Positions 12,781 to 24,468 of a DNA stretch of 64,000 bases are shown here, in pieces. The notes under the pieces were generated by a model. That model did no database searches and had not been told where the DNA came from. It worked only from the letters and a program-made list of their open reading frames with translations. Source of the stretch: Antedon mediterranea (Eukaryota > Animalia > Echinodermata); the NCBI RefSeq assembly GCF_964355755.1, contig NC_092674.1, positions 30,752,001-30,816,000 of the forward strand, read 5' to 3'. The translations under genes and the position numbers were made by a program. The stretch's first letter is position 1; each line of letters begins with the position of its first letter.

Positions 12781-15700
12781 TTATTTCTCTTGAGTTAGAA
12801 TTCGTTCTAATAATGTGTTTAACCGTCCTAGCATTGTCCTTGGGTCCGTCACCAATCCTGCAGCTATCATGGCATTGTCAAAGATCTATGATCAAAAGAA
12901 AAGAAATCAAAGTGGCTTCCTCTGCTTATGTCAGTCAGGACCATATCAAGGGGCATGGGAATAATTCACTTGGTTAAAGCTAAGCATTAATATTTAAGCA
13001 CCTACCTGGTCTGTAAGCATCCTGGCTAGTGCTGGATTGTTTGACTTAAGTTCTGATAGTAGATGGAGCAAGTTGTGTCTGTAAAACAATGATTTTATTC
13101 ACATGAAATCCAGGTGACAACATAAACAAAATCCCTTTCAGAGTGGGATTTTTTTTACTTGAAAAATAATCCTGGAATCTGTCCTAATACTAATTCTAGG
13201 TTAAAATCACTTACTTTGTATTTAGTTGAAGTGTTGGTCTAAGAATCTGCAACTGTTCCTCCTCAGAACGTGACTTAAGCGCAGTCTTTAGAAAGTGTCG
13301 AGCAGCTCCCATCTCCTGCACTGTAATCATGGCTGGATGGCCTCCCAAGTCTCCAGTTGCCTATATCAAGAAGAAAAAACAAAGTAATGAAAGAAAGAAA
13401 AACATATGTCATATAAAATATACAATGTATCATGATGAATTGTATTTTAGTTAAGACAACAGTGTACAATACTCATTAATAGTTAAGACCACAGTGTACA
13501 ATACTCATTAATAGTTAAGACCACAGTGTACAATACTCATTAATAGTTAAGACCACAGTGTACAATACTCATTAATAGTTAAGACCACAGTGTACAATAC
13601 TCATTAATAGTTAAGACCACAGTGTACAATACTCATTAATAGTTAAGACCACAGTGTACAATACTCATTAATAGTTAAGACCACAGTGTACAATACTCAT
13701 TAATAGTTAAGACCCCAGTGTACAATACTCAATAGTTAAGACCACAGTGTACAATACTCATTAATAGTTAAGACCCCAGTGTACAATACTCAATAGTTAA
13801 GACCACAGTGTACAATACTCATTAATAGTTAAGACCCCAGTGTACAATACTCATTAATAGTTAAGACCACAGTGTACAATACTCATTAATAGTTAAGACC
13901 ACAGTGTACAATACTCATTAATAGTTAAGAGCCCAGTGTACAATACTCAATAGTTAAGACCACAGTGTACAATACTCATTAATAGTTAAGAGCCCAGTGT
14001 ACAATACTCATTAATAGTTAAGACCACAGTGTACAATACTCATTAATAGTTAAGACCACAGTGTACAATACTCATTAATAGTTAAGAGCCCAGTGTACAA
14101 TACTCAATAGTTAAGACCACAGTGTACAATACTCATTAATAGTTAAGACCACAGTGTACAATACTCAATAGTTAAGACCCCAGTGTACAATACTCATTAA
14201 TAGTTAAGACCCCAGTGTACAATACTCATTAATAGTTAAGACCACAGTGTACAATACTCATTAATAGTTAAGAGCACAGTGTACAATACTTATAATTTTT
14301 TTGAATCAATCGTTCATTTTGTATAGCGCCATTCCAACAATCAAATATTGTTAAGTAATTGTTTGAGTAATGACTTAAATCAGTTCAATGATGATGTTTA
14401 ATGGTAGCTTTTATAAATAGATTACCTTTACTTCCAACACCTTGTCACCTAACACATCTTTCAAGTACATTATCAACGAATCAGTTTCTTCTACAGATAA
14501 GCTTCCTTCAACTAAATAATAGGAATATTACAAGTAAATACTAGTACATGCTACTTAGATGACAGGGTGAACACCTCATCAGCATTTGAGGAGACTTAAA
14601 CGGTAAGCGGAAAACCGAATAGCTTGTCCCACATAGAATCTGTATCTATCCTGAGCGGATTTGTGTAAATGGTCATAAAAAATAACATAGATTCTATATT
14701 TTTGTTTTCCGCTTACCGTTACCGCTTACCATTACAGCTCGTCGGTTGAAATTGGCCTACCTTCTAAATCAGGCAGGCATTGGCCTACCTTCTAAATCAG
14801 GCAGGCATTTCTCTCAAATTGGCCTACCTTCTAAATCAGGCAGGCATTGGCCTACCTTCTAAATCAGGCAGGCATTTCTCTCAAATTAAATGCAAGATGA
14901 ATCAATATAGAAACAAAATATACTTTACCTTGCTTTTCATCTGTTTCTGTGTTTGACCTCGCAAGCAGTTCATTTTCAGCTGATGTCAAAACCTTCTTGT
15001 CAAACTCTCTTAACTGAAGCATCACCAGTTCATCATAATCATCGAAGCAGAAGAGGACTTCCATTCCAAGCTTCTTCATCCCTTCGTAGTATGGAGACGT
15101 TTCTGCCAACTCACGGCTGAAATTAATCAAACTTACATTTTAGCTTTCAGTACACACTTGAATCTAATCCAGGTTGTAAAATAGGAAAGTCAATTTATTT
15201 TAATTTTTTTTTCTCATATTCATAATGTATATCAAATACAAGACCGTAGCGAAAAGTTTAAAACAGAAGAAGCAAAATGCTTTAAATATAATTATTAATA
15301 TATATTATGATGATCTGGGCTGGGTAGTAAAAATAGAAGATTTAAAACGAGCCGAGCGCCTCGTCTGCCTCATGCTGACTACGGCCCTAAAATAGTAAAT
15401 AAATAATGAATTAAATTACTTTGGAGCGACAATGTAGAATATACTTCTCTGGCCAGCTTTCATGCGACTGCTGTAGTCTTGGAGGCTACATCTTACACCA
15501 GCCTCTAGAGCACTTGACTCGTAACGAAGAAGTTTTGCAATCTCTTCCTAAAAATAATAAAATAGGACAACCCATGTAAGATGGTGAATCTTGTGATTAT
15601 TCTGAACGTAGGGGAATGAACAGTTAAGAACGCATTTTGTGATCGGGTGGCCAGTTCCTTTTCACGCCGCCTTATCCTAATTGTTATCATACTTTCAACC

Positions 15701-18700
15701 AGATACCATTTACAGCTGATTGGACTGGGAGTTGTTTTTTTATCAGTCTTTTTGTATGATAATCAAGTGTTCTAACTAACTCTATAATGTAAAGCATTTT
15801 CTAAATCAACAAAACAAAAACCTTATTAATTGTACCTTTTCAATTTGGTCGCCAGATGAAACAATTCCTTCCCGTAGGAATGTTCCATAATCATCAAAAA
15901 ATGCGTCATAACCAGCCGGGTCCTTTGCAGAGTTGTCAACCAAGAACTTAACAATCTTGGATGTCAGTACCATGCTCAGCTTCCTAGAAACAAAAAGTAA
16001 GGTACATACATCTAAAGCTCTGTCTACACTATCAAACTAGTTTGACAAAAAAGTGTGATGTGCTAAAATATGATAGTGATATGCCCAAATATGGTAGTGA
16101 TATGACATCATCCTGTCCATATATGGGCACACCACATTTTTTTGTCACATAAAGTTTGATAGTGTAGACAGATCTTTAAGCCAAATACAGTGTACGCTTT
16201 GTCTATAGATGTAATGAAACATAATAAGAACATGTAACTAACCTGAGGAGAGTACTATCTTGTAAGATTTCACGACTTAAATTGAGAGGAATATCTTCAC
16301 TATCAACCACACCTAAAAACAACAAATTGAAAAGATAACCACAAGATATCAACACAGCACTAGGACTTTGTGTTAAGCTCCATCCACAACTATCAAACTT
16401 TATGTGACAAAAATATGTGATATGCCCATATATGGACATGATGATGTCATATCACTACCATATTTGGTCATATCACTACCATATTTGGTCATATCACTAC
16501 CATATTTGTCAAACTAGTTTGATAATGTAGACAGAGGAAGAATAATTTAATATAAGGCCAAATAAAAAAATATACTTGTTAAGCGTCACACCCTCATAAA
16601 TTTTCAGGGGCGGGGGGACGGTTTTTTTTTTTTTTACTTTTTATAGAGGTATATTTTTGCGCGGTGGACGTTTTGGCCCACTTTTTTTAGGACGAAACGT
16701 CAAACTTTTAAAATGCGAAACAGAACAAAATTGACTATGTATGAAATATTATTGCTTATGACAAAATTGAGTTTTGTATTGTTTATATCCAGACGTAATT
16801 AAAACATTAAATTTAATTGCCACCAAGCGAAATTGTAGGCCCTAGGCTAACTAATCCGTCCAAGCTGCTACCCCCACCTCACTCATCGGCCATCCGCCGT
16901 CTCTCGCTCGACTCATCTATCCAGGAAATTCCATATCGCGAGAAGCATGATTTGGTCTCAATAATACTAAATAGTGGGCTGATTTATAGTTTGAAAACAG
17001 CTTACGGCATTTCTTAAGTGAATTTTTGTTCAAAGTATTCATTCTTCTTTGATGAATCTTTTGCCAATTGCTGTGTAAATCAGTATTTAAAGTTGTGATG
17101 CAAAAAGTGTATGCAATTATTCCACAGGTAAACCAGGCATAAGGAAACCCATCGCCCAACAGGACCTCGTGGTGTGCCGATCTCGAGCGCGAGATCATCG
17201 TAAACAAAATTGGTAGAGTCCATTATGTATGGGGTGTTTCCTATTTACGAACCTATAAAAAAACGCGCTTCGACCACTGTGTAGGCAAAATATTTATTTC
17301 GTTAAATCCCTAAATTGATAATCGCGTATTCTGTAATCACGTGACTGATGATGTAATTCTCAGCGACGTACTAAATGCACATGATTTAATGTGTTGGGGA
17401 AAAAGCTTGCTGTTTACCACATTACATGATTCACGGTGCTATTCGCGTTTCCTTGACGTAAATCGGCGGCGTGTAAATGAAACAATTGTTTTCACCAAAT
17501 TGCCGTTGTCGACATAGAGCGATCGGCGGCTAGCGTTGTCTAAGCTAAAAAGTACGTATTTTTCAAAAATTACACTAGCCTAACAAACATTTGCTAGTTT
17601 TGAAATTTTCAAATAGCAATTATGAAGAATCTACTAGCAAAATGCTAGTTTGCTAGCGTGAATTTCGAGCCCTACTCTGGAGCTGGGCCGGGCCGCTGAA
17701 CTTTCCGTTGTATATCGGTAAAAAAAAAATAAAAATAAAAAGAGAGGCGGCTGGATAATCAGGAGCGGGCGGTGACGCTTAACAAGTATGTTTTTTTTAT
17801 TTGGCCTAACAACTGTTTATTCTTATTGTTTATAATCTTTGTGATGAACCAAAATATTATGCAGTGAACTACTGAGAAATTGGACTTTGAAAAAAAGAGG
17901 AAAATCTTTCACACATCCCGTTATTTTTTGAGACTGCAAATGGGTGGTTTTGGAAGAGTTCTCATTAACAATACCTACCTACAATAAATCGCAACCATTT
18001 TGGTAGAATCTTGTCCGCTTTTGATTGAATCAAAACCTTTCTACAGTAGAGTGCAACTCCACTTTTGTACTCTTGACTAAACTCCCACATGGCCGGTGGT
18101 CGTTCCGGAATGTAGAAGACACTCTGGATGTTGATTGGTGCGTCTGTCTTGTAATGTAACGTGAACCTTGGCTTGTCGTGAGTACTACGACTTATAAATT
18201 GGTAGAATTGTTTGTGATCTTCTTCAGTAATGGACTTGGAATCTTTACTCCACAAAGCCTGCAAATACATTTCACCTTTTTAAAGATTTCTAATATTACT
18301 TTTTTAGTCCGTTTATATTTGTATCTTTTAATTGCATTTGCTGACAACTAACATTTCTTTGTTTTTTCACGAAGTGCATTTTTTATACAAATTTATAGGT
18401 TGCATGTACTCATATGCATGCAGTATTGGAATTATTGGAATTGTAATGTTTTAAATGATACGAATGATATGGAGAAGATAGATAGATGGGATATATTATC
18501 AATCTAATTCTCACCTCTTGAGTGTTCAATTGTTCACCATTCAGGTAGATTGGAAAGCCAACAAAGTTGTTATGTTTACTAATGATATCTAATAATATAA
18601 GAAAAAACACCAAATTATTTATTGAAAGTCATCAAGAAAGATAAGTAATATGACTTCCCAAGTGGAAATAAGGAAATCAAGGTCTGTTCTATTGCGCAAT

Positions 18701-21700
18701 TTTTAAAAATTTTGTAATGATATTCCGTTTTTTTTCTTATGTAGAGTATTTTAATTGACCTTGATTACTTAATAAAAAAACTCAAAATAGAACATAAAGT
18801 AATAAGTTTGACCTTTGACATCATTTTCTACAGAGAATTTCCAGGAATCACTCTTAAGTTTGATGACAATCTTAGTTCCAAACTGAACTCCTTCTGCGTC
18901 AGTGATTGAGTACTTTCCACTTCTAAAACATATACAAGAATAATATGGTTTTTTGTTAGTATGTCTACTATCAGAATACAGTATGAAAAATTGTGTGATC
19001 TTTGGAAAATGCATGAAAACTCTGGCTTTATAAGGCACCCTGGTTTTGGGCAAGTTTTCTGTATAAAACAAAAAATCACATCCTAACAAAGAGTAGTAAC
19101 AAAGTAAAAGACAATGGTTGAAAAACTTTGTGACAAAAACTGAAACACTTTACACAGAACATAAGACGGCACCGTTTAATTTACATGTACAATTTTCTAT
19201 TATTTGAAAAAATGGCAGAGTCTTCCATCCTGTGAAATAGAATCAGGGTGAGTGTAGTTAAAAGCTTGATAAATTACAACTATTTTATGTACCCATCTGA
19301 TGACCACTTGTAAGCTTGGTCTGGATGTTGCTGAGATCTTGTAAATACATCGATAGAATCACCAACCATGAATGTAGAGTAGAACCCAACACCAAATTGA
19401 CCAATGATATCGCTAGCATATGACTTGCCTTCAACTTTTTCTAAAAATGACTGAAGCAAAGGTGGAAAACCACTAAGGTTAGTTTGTTATGCGTTAAAAG
19501 TGTGATATGCCCAAATATGGTAGTGATACGACATCATGTCCATATATGGGCACAACACATTTTGTTTTGTCACATAAAGTTTGATAGTGTAGACAGAGTT
19601 TAAGAAAGAATTGATCTTGACATAAATAAATGTAATGGCATTGGACAATCCATTAAATCATTATGATGACTGGTATAGGAAGCTCCAGATTTCTTTACAT
19701 GTCATAATGCATTTTAAATAATTAAAAAATGATCAAATCAAACCATTTCTGTTTAAGTAAATTGTATTTACCTTAGAGCCTGACATTGCGATGGTTCCAA
19801 GATTCTTAATCAAGTCCTCTTTTGTCATTCCAACTCCTGTATCCTAAAAAAAATAAGTTAAAAAATTCAATAAATTATACACTTTTCCTAAATACATGCG
19901 CATGTGCACTTAGAAGCTTTGAGCATTAAGCGCTACTGTATATAATATTGACGTTAGTATTATACAGGGAGAATGTGTGTTAAATCAAATGAATTCAGGT
20001 ATGATACAGTTACAGCATGTGATACTGTATGATCAACAAATTATAATATAGTAGGGATAATGAAATGAAAATACTTACTTGTATTGTGAATGTTCCTGCG
20101 TCAGAATCTGTTTTTATACGAATTTCAAGCAGTGTTTGTTCACCGCCTTCAGCTTGTTCCTCATTGGTCAATTGTAAATATCTACGTTTTTGTAATGCAT
20201 CACTGGCATTTGATATGATTTCTCTGATAAAAACCTAGAATTAAAGAGTAATTGGATTGTGAAATAAGGGTTTTAAAATCATTCAAAAAGGTGCTGAGCT
20301 TAATGTAAGTAAGTAGGGTGCAAAGGATTTAAACACTACAAAGAAAGAGAGATTTTTAGGATGGGGTCTAACAAAATATTTCAATCTTCTATCTACTAAA
20401 GTCATGTTATATGCCTATATATGGACATGATGATGTCATATCACTACTATTGGGTATATCACTACCATATTTGGGTATATCACTATCATATTTGAGCACA
20501 TCACACTTATCAAATAGATTGATAGTGTACAGAGCTTTAGAACATTCAACATTTGTATTTATTAAACTTCTATTTGAGAGAATATTATCCTCTACTCTAC
20601 AGCTCCATCTAACCTCTTTCTCAGAATAAAGGGACTGAGCTACAATCTTCAAAAGCATCTTAGTTTCTGACTGAAACTCATGACTTTCTGGTTCTCCTGC
20701 AAACATAAAACAAACAATAATTGAAAACAAAAATTCAAATATCCTCCTGCACATTGGACGGTTTTATATTCAAGATTCAATCAATTTTATTGGTACACTT
20801 TTAAAACGAAATTTATTTTGCTTGGCATATACAGTATAAATTAAGACAATAAAACAACAACAAAAAATACATCAAATTGAAAAAACAAAATTGTTAAAAT
20901 ACTATAGGCCTATGTTAAAATACTATAGACCTATGTTAAAATTCTATATATATATATATATATATATAGGCCTTATTATATAAATCCAAAGGCAAATTAC
21001 TGAAAAAAATGACAACGCTGTGTGTATCAGTGGATGGATCTCAATGGAGATACAAAAATAAAAAGCGAAAAGCTAAATCAAAACGATAAAGTAAACAGCC
21101 AGAAAAGTTAGCAGAGCTTTCGGGCAACACTAGCCCTTCATCAGTGCAAGTGAAGGCCTTATTATATGTGTGTGTTAAAATACTATATATATAGGCCAAT
21201 GTTAACTTTAGTATTTATTACATGTATGCAATGTACCTTTAACTTCTTCTGTATCTGTGATAACTTGAGATCTTTCAGTAGCAACATTTGAACATAAGCA
21301 TCGGGAGAAATTAAATTTATTTGTGAATGTTTGACGACTACTGCTGACAGAAACAGAACCTAAAAATTTTAATATAAATACATTTTTTTCAGCATTTTCA
21401 ATATTATTTAGGCCTAGTATAGGCCTATTTATATTTTTAGTAATGAATATGAATTAATATTAATAAACATTTTTATTATAAAATTATATTATTAAAATAT
21501 AAAAATTACAATTTATTAACTTTAATTTACCACAAAAATTAAATCCATAAATGTTGATAACATTTCTGTGTAATAAAAATCAAAATAAAAATTCAAAAAA
21601 TGAGGTCGAAACGACTCTCTTTCTAACAATAGGTTAAAACTTTCATACACGCCCGCATGGTTTTCTCTCACTCGCCATGTTTGTGCTTTCACTTTCGGCC

Positions 21701-21906
21701 TATCTAGGCTCTGGGCCTACTAACCTAAAATGTTTTTATTCATACTTACTCGGACTAAAAACTAGTTTTGATCTATACTTAAGATTATGAGTACTTTGAA
21801 GACAATGTTTTGATATTCCACGTGTATATATAGTATTTGAACAACGTAATTGTTTTAAAAAGTTGAGCGGTGTTCGAAGCACATTTACGTTACTGAACGC
21901 TGCCAT
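12781..21906 (-). CDS. TRAP1: Mitochondrial HSP90 (TRAP1/HSP75), ~17 exons
   Basis: N-terminal basic targeting peptide (exon 21750-21906); [69 protein letters not shown]; last exon [25 protein letters not shown] with stop at 12781. Confidence 0.96.
13449..14291. repeat. 35-bp minisatellite (~24 copies, some 31-bp variants) in a TRAP1 intron
   Basis: Unit ACTCATTAATAGTTAAGACCACAGTGTACAAT..; variant units lack TTAA or carry CCCC/GCCC. Confidence 0.95.
14597..14886. repeat. MITE-like inverted-repeat remnant followed by ~29/40-bp tandem copies
   Basis: AACGGTAAGCGGAAAAC and GTTTTCCGCTTACCGTT inverted pair, then 4 copies of TTGGCCTACCTTCTAAATCAGGCAGGCAT. Confidence 0.6.
15240..15389. mobile_element. 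Decayed hAT-like MITE
   Basis: Imperfect terminal IR CAAGACCGTAGC .. ACTACGGCCCTA; TSD not recognisable. Confidence 0.35.
16016..16175. mobile_element. High-copy ~160-bp Harbinger-type MITE (reference copy)
   Basis: TIR AGCTCTGTCTACACTATCAAAC / GTTTGATAGTGTAGACAGAGCT; TWA flanks; internal CCCAAATATGGTAGTGATATG repeats. Other copies at ~16375-16536, 19498-19602, 20410-20539, 24845-24903, 41710-41833, 47735-47874, 48495-48722, 53603-53711, 54959-55246, 62030-62163. Confidence 0.9.
16556..17806. mobile_element. Non-autonomous Harbinger-type element, 1.25 kb, in a TRAP1 intron
   Basis: ~35-bp TIR GGCCAAATAAAAAAA.ATACTTGTTAAGCGTCAC; TAA TSD at 16553-16555 and 17807-17809; GC-richer interior. Confidence 0.85.
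20975..21158 (-). mobile_element. Penelope-like / retrozyme-type short retroelement fragment next to (TA)n
   Basis: Homologous to 60620-60790; contains a hammerhead core; (TA)n tract at 20946-20968. Confidence 0.7.
21108..21149 (-). ncRNA. Minimal type I hammerhead ribozyme
   Basis: Minus strand reads TTGCA-CTGATGA-A-GGGC TAGTGTT GCCC-GAA-AGCT-C-TGC: CUGAUGA and GAAA core, GGGC/GCCC stem II, palindromic AGCU in place of stem III, UC cleavage site, GCA/UGC stem I. Confidence 0.8.
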
Positions 21907-22728
21907 TTTGTTTTTTAATTCTTTTATGAAAAATGCATGCGTTCAGAGGTAAGTTTAGCATACCAAATTGGACTTCGGATATGTTCGTGTTTCTAATGAG
22001 GCATATACCGGAACCAAAAATAATTCATTTAAACCATATTTTAATAAACCATGTTTTTTTTTAATTAATCACATTATTACCCATGACAAAAGGTCATTTA
22101 TGGGTCACATTTCTTGAAAGCTAATCTTTGAAAATAATAATTCGAAATATAAAATTTATTATTCTTCTGACTACACTATTATAATGTGATATTTAAATTA
22201 TTAAATCTAAATAACAAAATTCAAAATAATAAAAGCAATTATAACTATAAATAGAATCAAGATCATTTACTGTAACAAATAAAGATAAAATAATAATACA
22301 GTATTTACTAATTGCCAATTACTGAGCAATAAATAATTATCTAAAAGGAATCAACAATATTATATTGTGTTAACAAATATATAAATAAAATATGAATGGA
22401 AAATATAACACACTTCATTTTTAAGCTTAAATAATCATATTACAGTTATATTAATTAGCATATTAATGCTGCATTACCATAGTAACATTCAAGAAGACAA
22501 CAGTGATTTTATTTTATACATTGCAACACAAAAACATATTTTTATCAATTTAGGTATAGTTACATAATTTCAACATAAATACATTGATTATATAATGTTG
22601 TAGTAGTTACCATAACAACTGATTCTTTTTAACAATGGCTACAGCACAATAAAGCATTTTGTTGCATTATGCACAAACATGCCTTCACTTGGAAACAAGG
22701 TAATTATTTAATGTAGCATATATACTTG

Positions 22729-22899
22729 CAGTGGCGTAACGGCTATGAGCAATCACTGGCTAAACACAGGGGCCACCGAAAACCAGGCATTAAAATATGT
22801 CGAAAAAGGCTAAAAATGCCTAAGTCATCCAGCGCTGGAGGGCTACTTAGGGTTCCTAAACCGGCCTCTGGTCTTTGGGCCTCTATGTTACGCCACTTG
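22729..22899. mobile_element. hAT-like MITE remnant
   Basis: Terminal IR CAGTGGCGTAAC / GTTACGCCACT(T)G around a GC-rich interior; TSD not clear. Confidence 0.55.
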
Positions 22900-24117
22900 C
22901 AACATATTATGATAATATAAATATATTATAATACTAGAGAACTAATCAACAGCATAGCTGCAACCAACACGATATATTATCAAATGTATTCACTTGCGAA
23001 AACAGGAACAAAAACAATATTATAATCAAAAATGTACGAAACTACAAAGTGATTAATGATTTCAGTTGGCTTCTTGTAAACATACTATTACACACCAAGA
23101 GGCTAGTATACTTGGTTGGCCTATTCTTGTGAAGTAAACTACTGTAGGGCCCAAAGCAGTTCACAGCAATGAAAAGCTTATACACATTATATTCAATTAA
23201 ATCCATGAAAGAACAAAAAGGAAAAAAAGAAAAATGTACAGCTGATGGTAGTGACTCAACTATCACTGTAATTACATTTTTTTTTTAAAGATTTCAAAAT
23301 TTAGGCACACCTCACAATTCTCCCAATAATGGAGGGAGTCTCTTGATGTCATCTCCACCACTCTCCTGCTAAAATAAAATTTCTTTCAAGTTGGGTTGTG
23401 GTTACCAAAATGGTCTCCCTTATTTTTTTAAGGGTCACTATCATTTAAAGCCTTAAACTTTTGTATTGAGCAAATAAAATAAACGAAATGTTTATTATAA
23501 TCTAGTTAGAGGGAAATATGGAGAATAAAATAGGTTGCAACAAAACAATATCTTAGTCAACATTTTAAGTGAAAATAAATAAATTCATAAGGAAATGTTT
23601 CTAATTACTAATAAATGTACTTACTTTATTCACTTAATTCAAAGACATGGTTAAATCAAATCAGTTACATCACAATCTAATCACTTACTTTCTGAGTATA
23701 CTATCAAAACTAAAGTACGATTATCAATATATTTTTTTTTAAATAATCTAACAAACCTCCTTGTTCTACTCTGATTAAGTTCAACTTAAAACATGCTAAA
23801 AAAAATGGTAAATCAACAATAAAATATATTATTTACAATTGTAATGCAAACAAAAAACATTATACTTAAATACTACTAAATAAACAAGCTGAATGTGTCA
23901 ATCTAGCACCATGTATAATTAGGCTTTAAAAGTAACTCCTTGTTAGCTTAAGTAACAAAACAAATGTTTCAATCAACTTGCTCAAAACCAGAAATATGCA
24001 AAACTGAATACTAAGATGTGAAATAAAGTTTAAACTGAAAAATGTGTGAACACTGGTCACAAGCTACAGTACATGTTCTTACTCGTCTGATATTTTGTAA
24101 GCTTCAAATCCTGAGTT

Positions 24118-24360
24118 ATTCATTCATTCATGAAAGGATAGATGAAAATTCATGAAAGTATAGATGAAAATTCATGAAAGGATATATGAATATTCATGAT
24201 TCATGAAAAGATACATCAGATGAATATTCATGAAAGGATATACTGTATGAATATTCATGATTCATGAACGGATACAGTATATGAATATTTATCTATCCTT
24301 TCATGAATATTCATGATAGGATATATGAATATTCATGAAAGGATAGATGAATGAATATTC
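24118..24360. repeat. Degenerate ATGAATATTCATGAAAGGATA repeats in mixed orientation (PRAS40 3' region)
   Basis: About 10 copies of the palindromic TGAATATTCA core; one unit inverted at ~24290-24315. Confidence 0.75.
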
Positions 24361-24468
24361 TTGCTCCTTTAAATTTCACTCTGCACATCAGGGACAAGAT
24401 GGGTGTCTGGTTTTGAGGGAGTTGAATGATTGTAGTAAAGATAACAGTCATTGATAGGTACAACATGT

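Noticed and set aside
12424-12798. 124-aa plus-strand ORF and other short ORF-track entries in introns and UTRs
   Set aside because: No recognisable domains; they overlap UTRs, MITEs or the antisense strand of real exons
13449-14291. CRISPR-like appearance of the 35-, 40- and 48-bp arrays
   Set aside because: Units are head-to-tail with no unique spacers, there are no cas genes, and the context is eukaryotic and intronic
14560-14590. Other CTGATGA occurrences as hammerhead candidates (also ~3547, ~27823, ~40190, ~62665)
   Set aside because: No stem II followed by GAAA and a cleavage triplet
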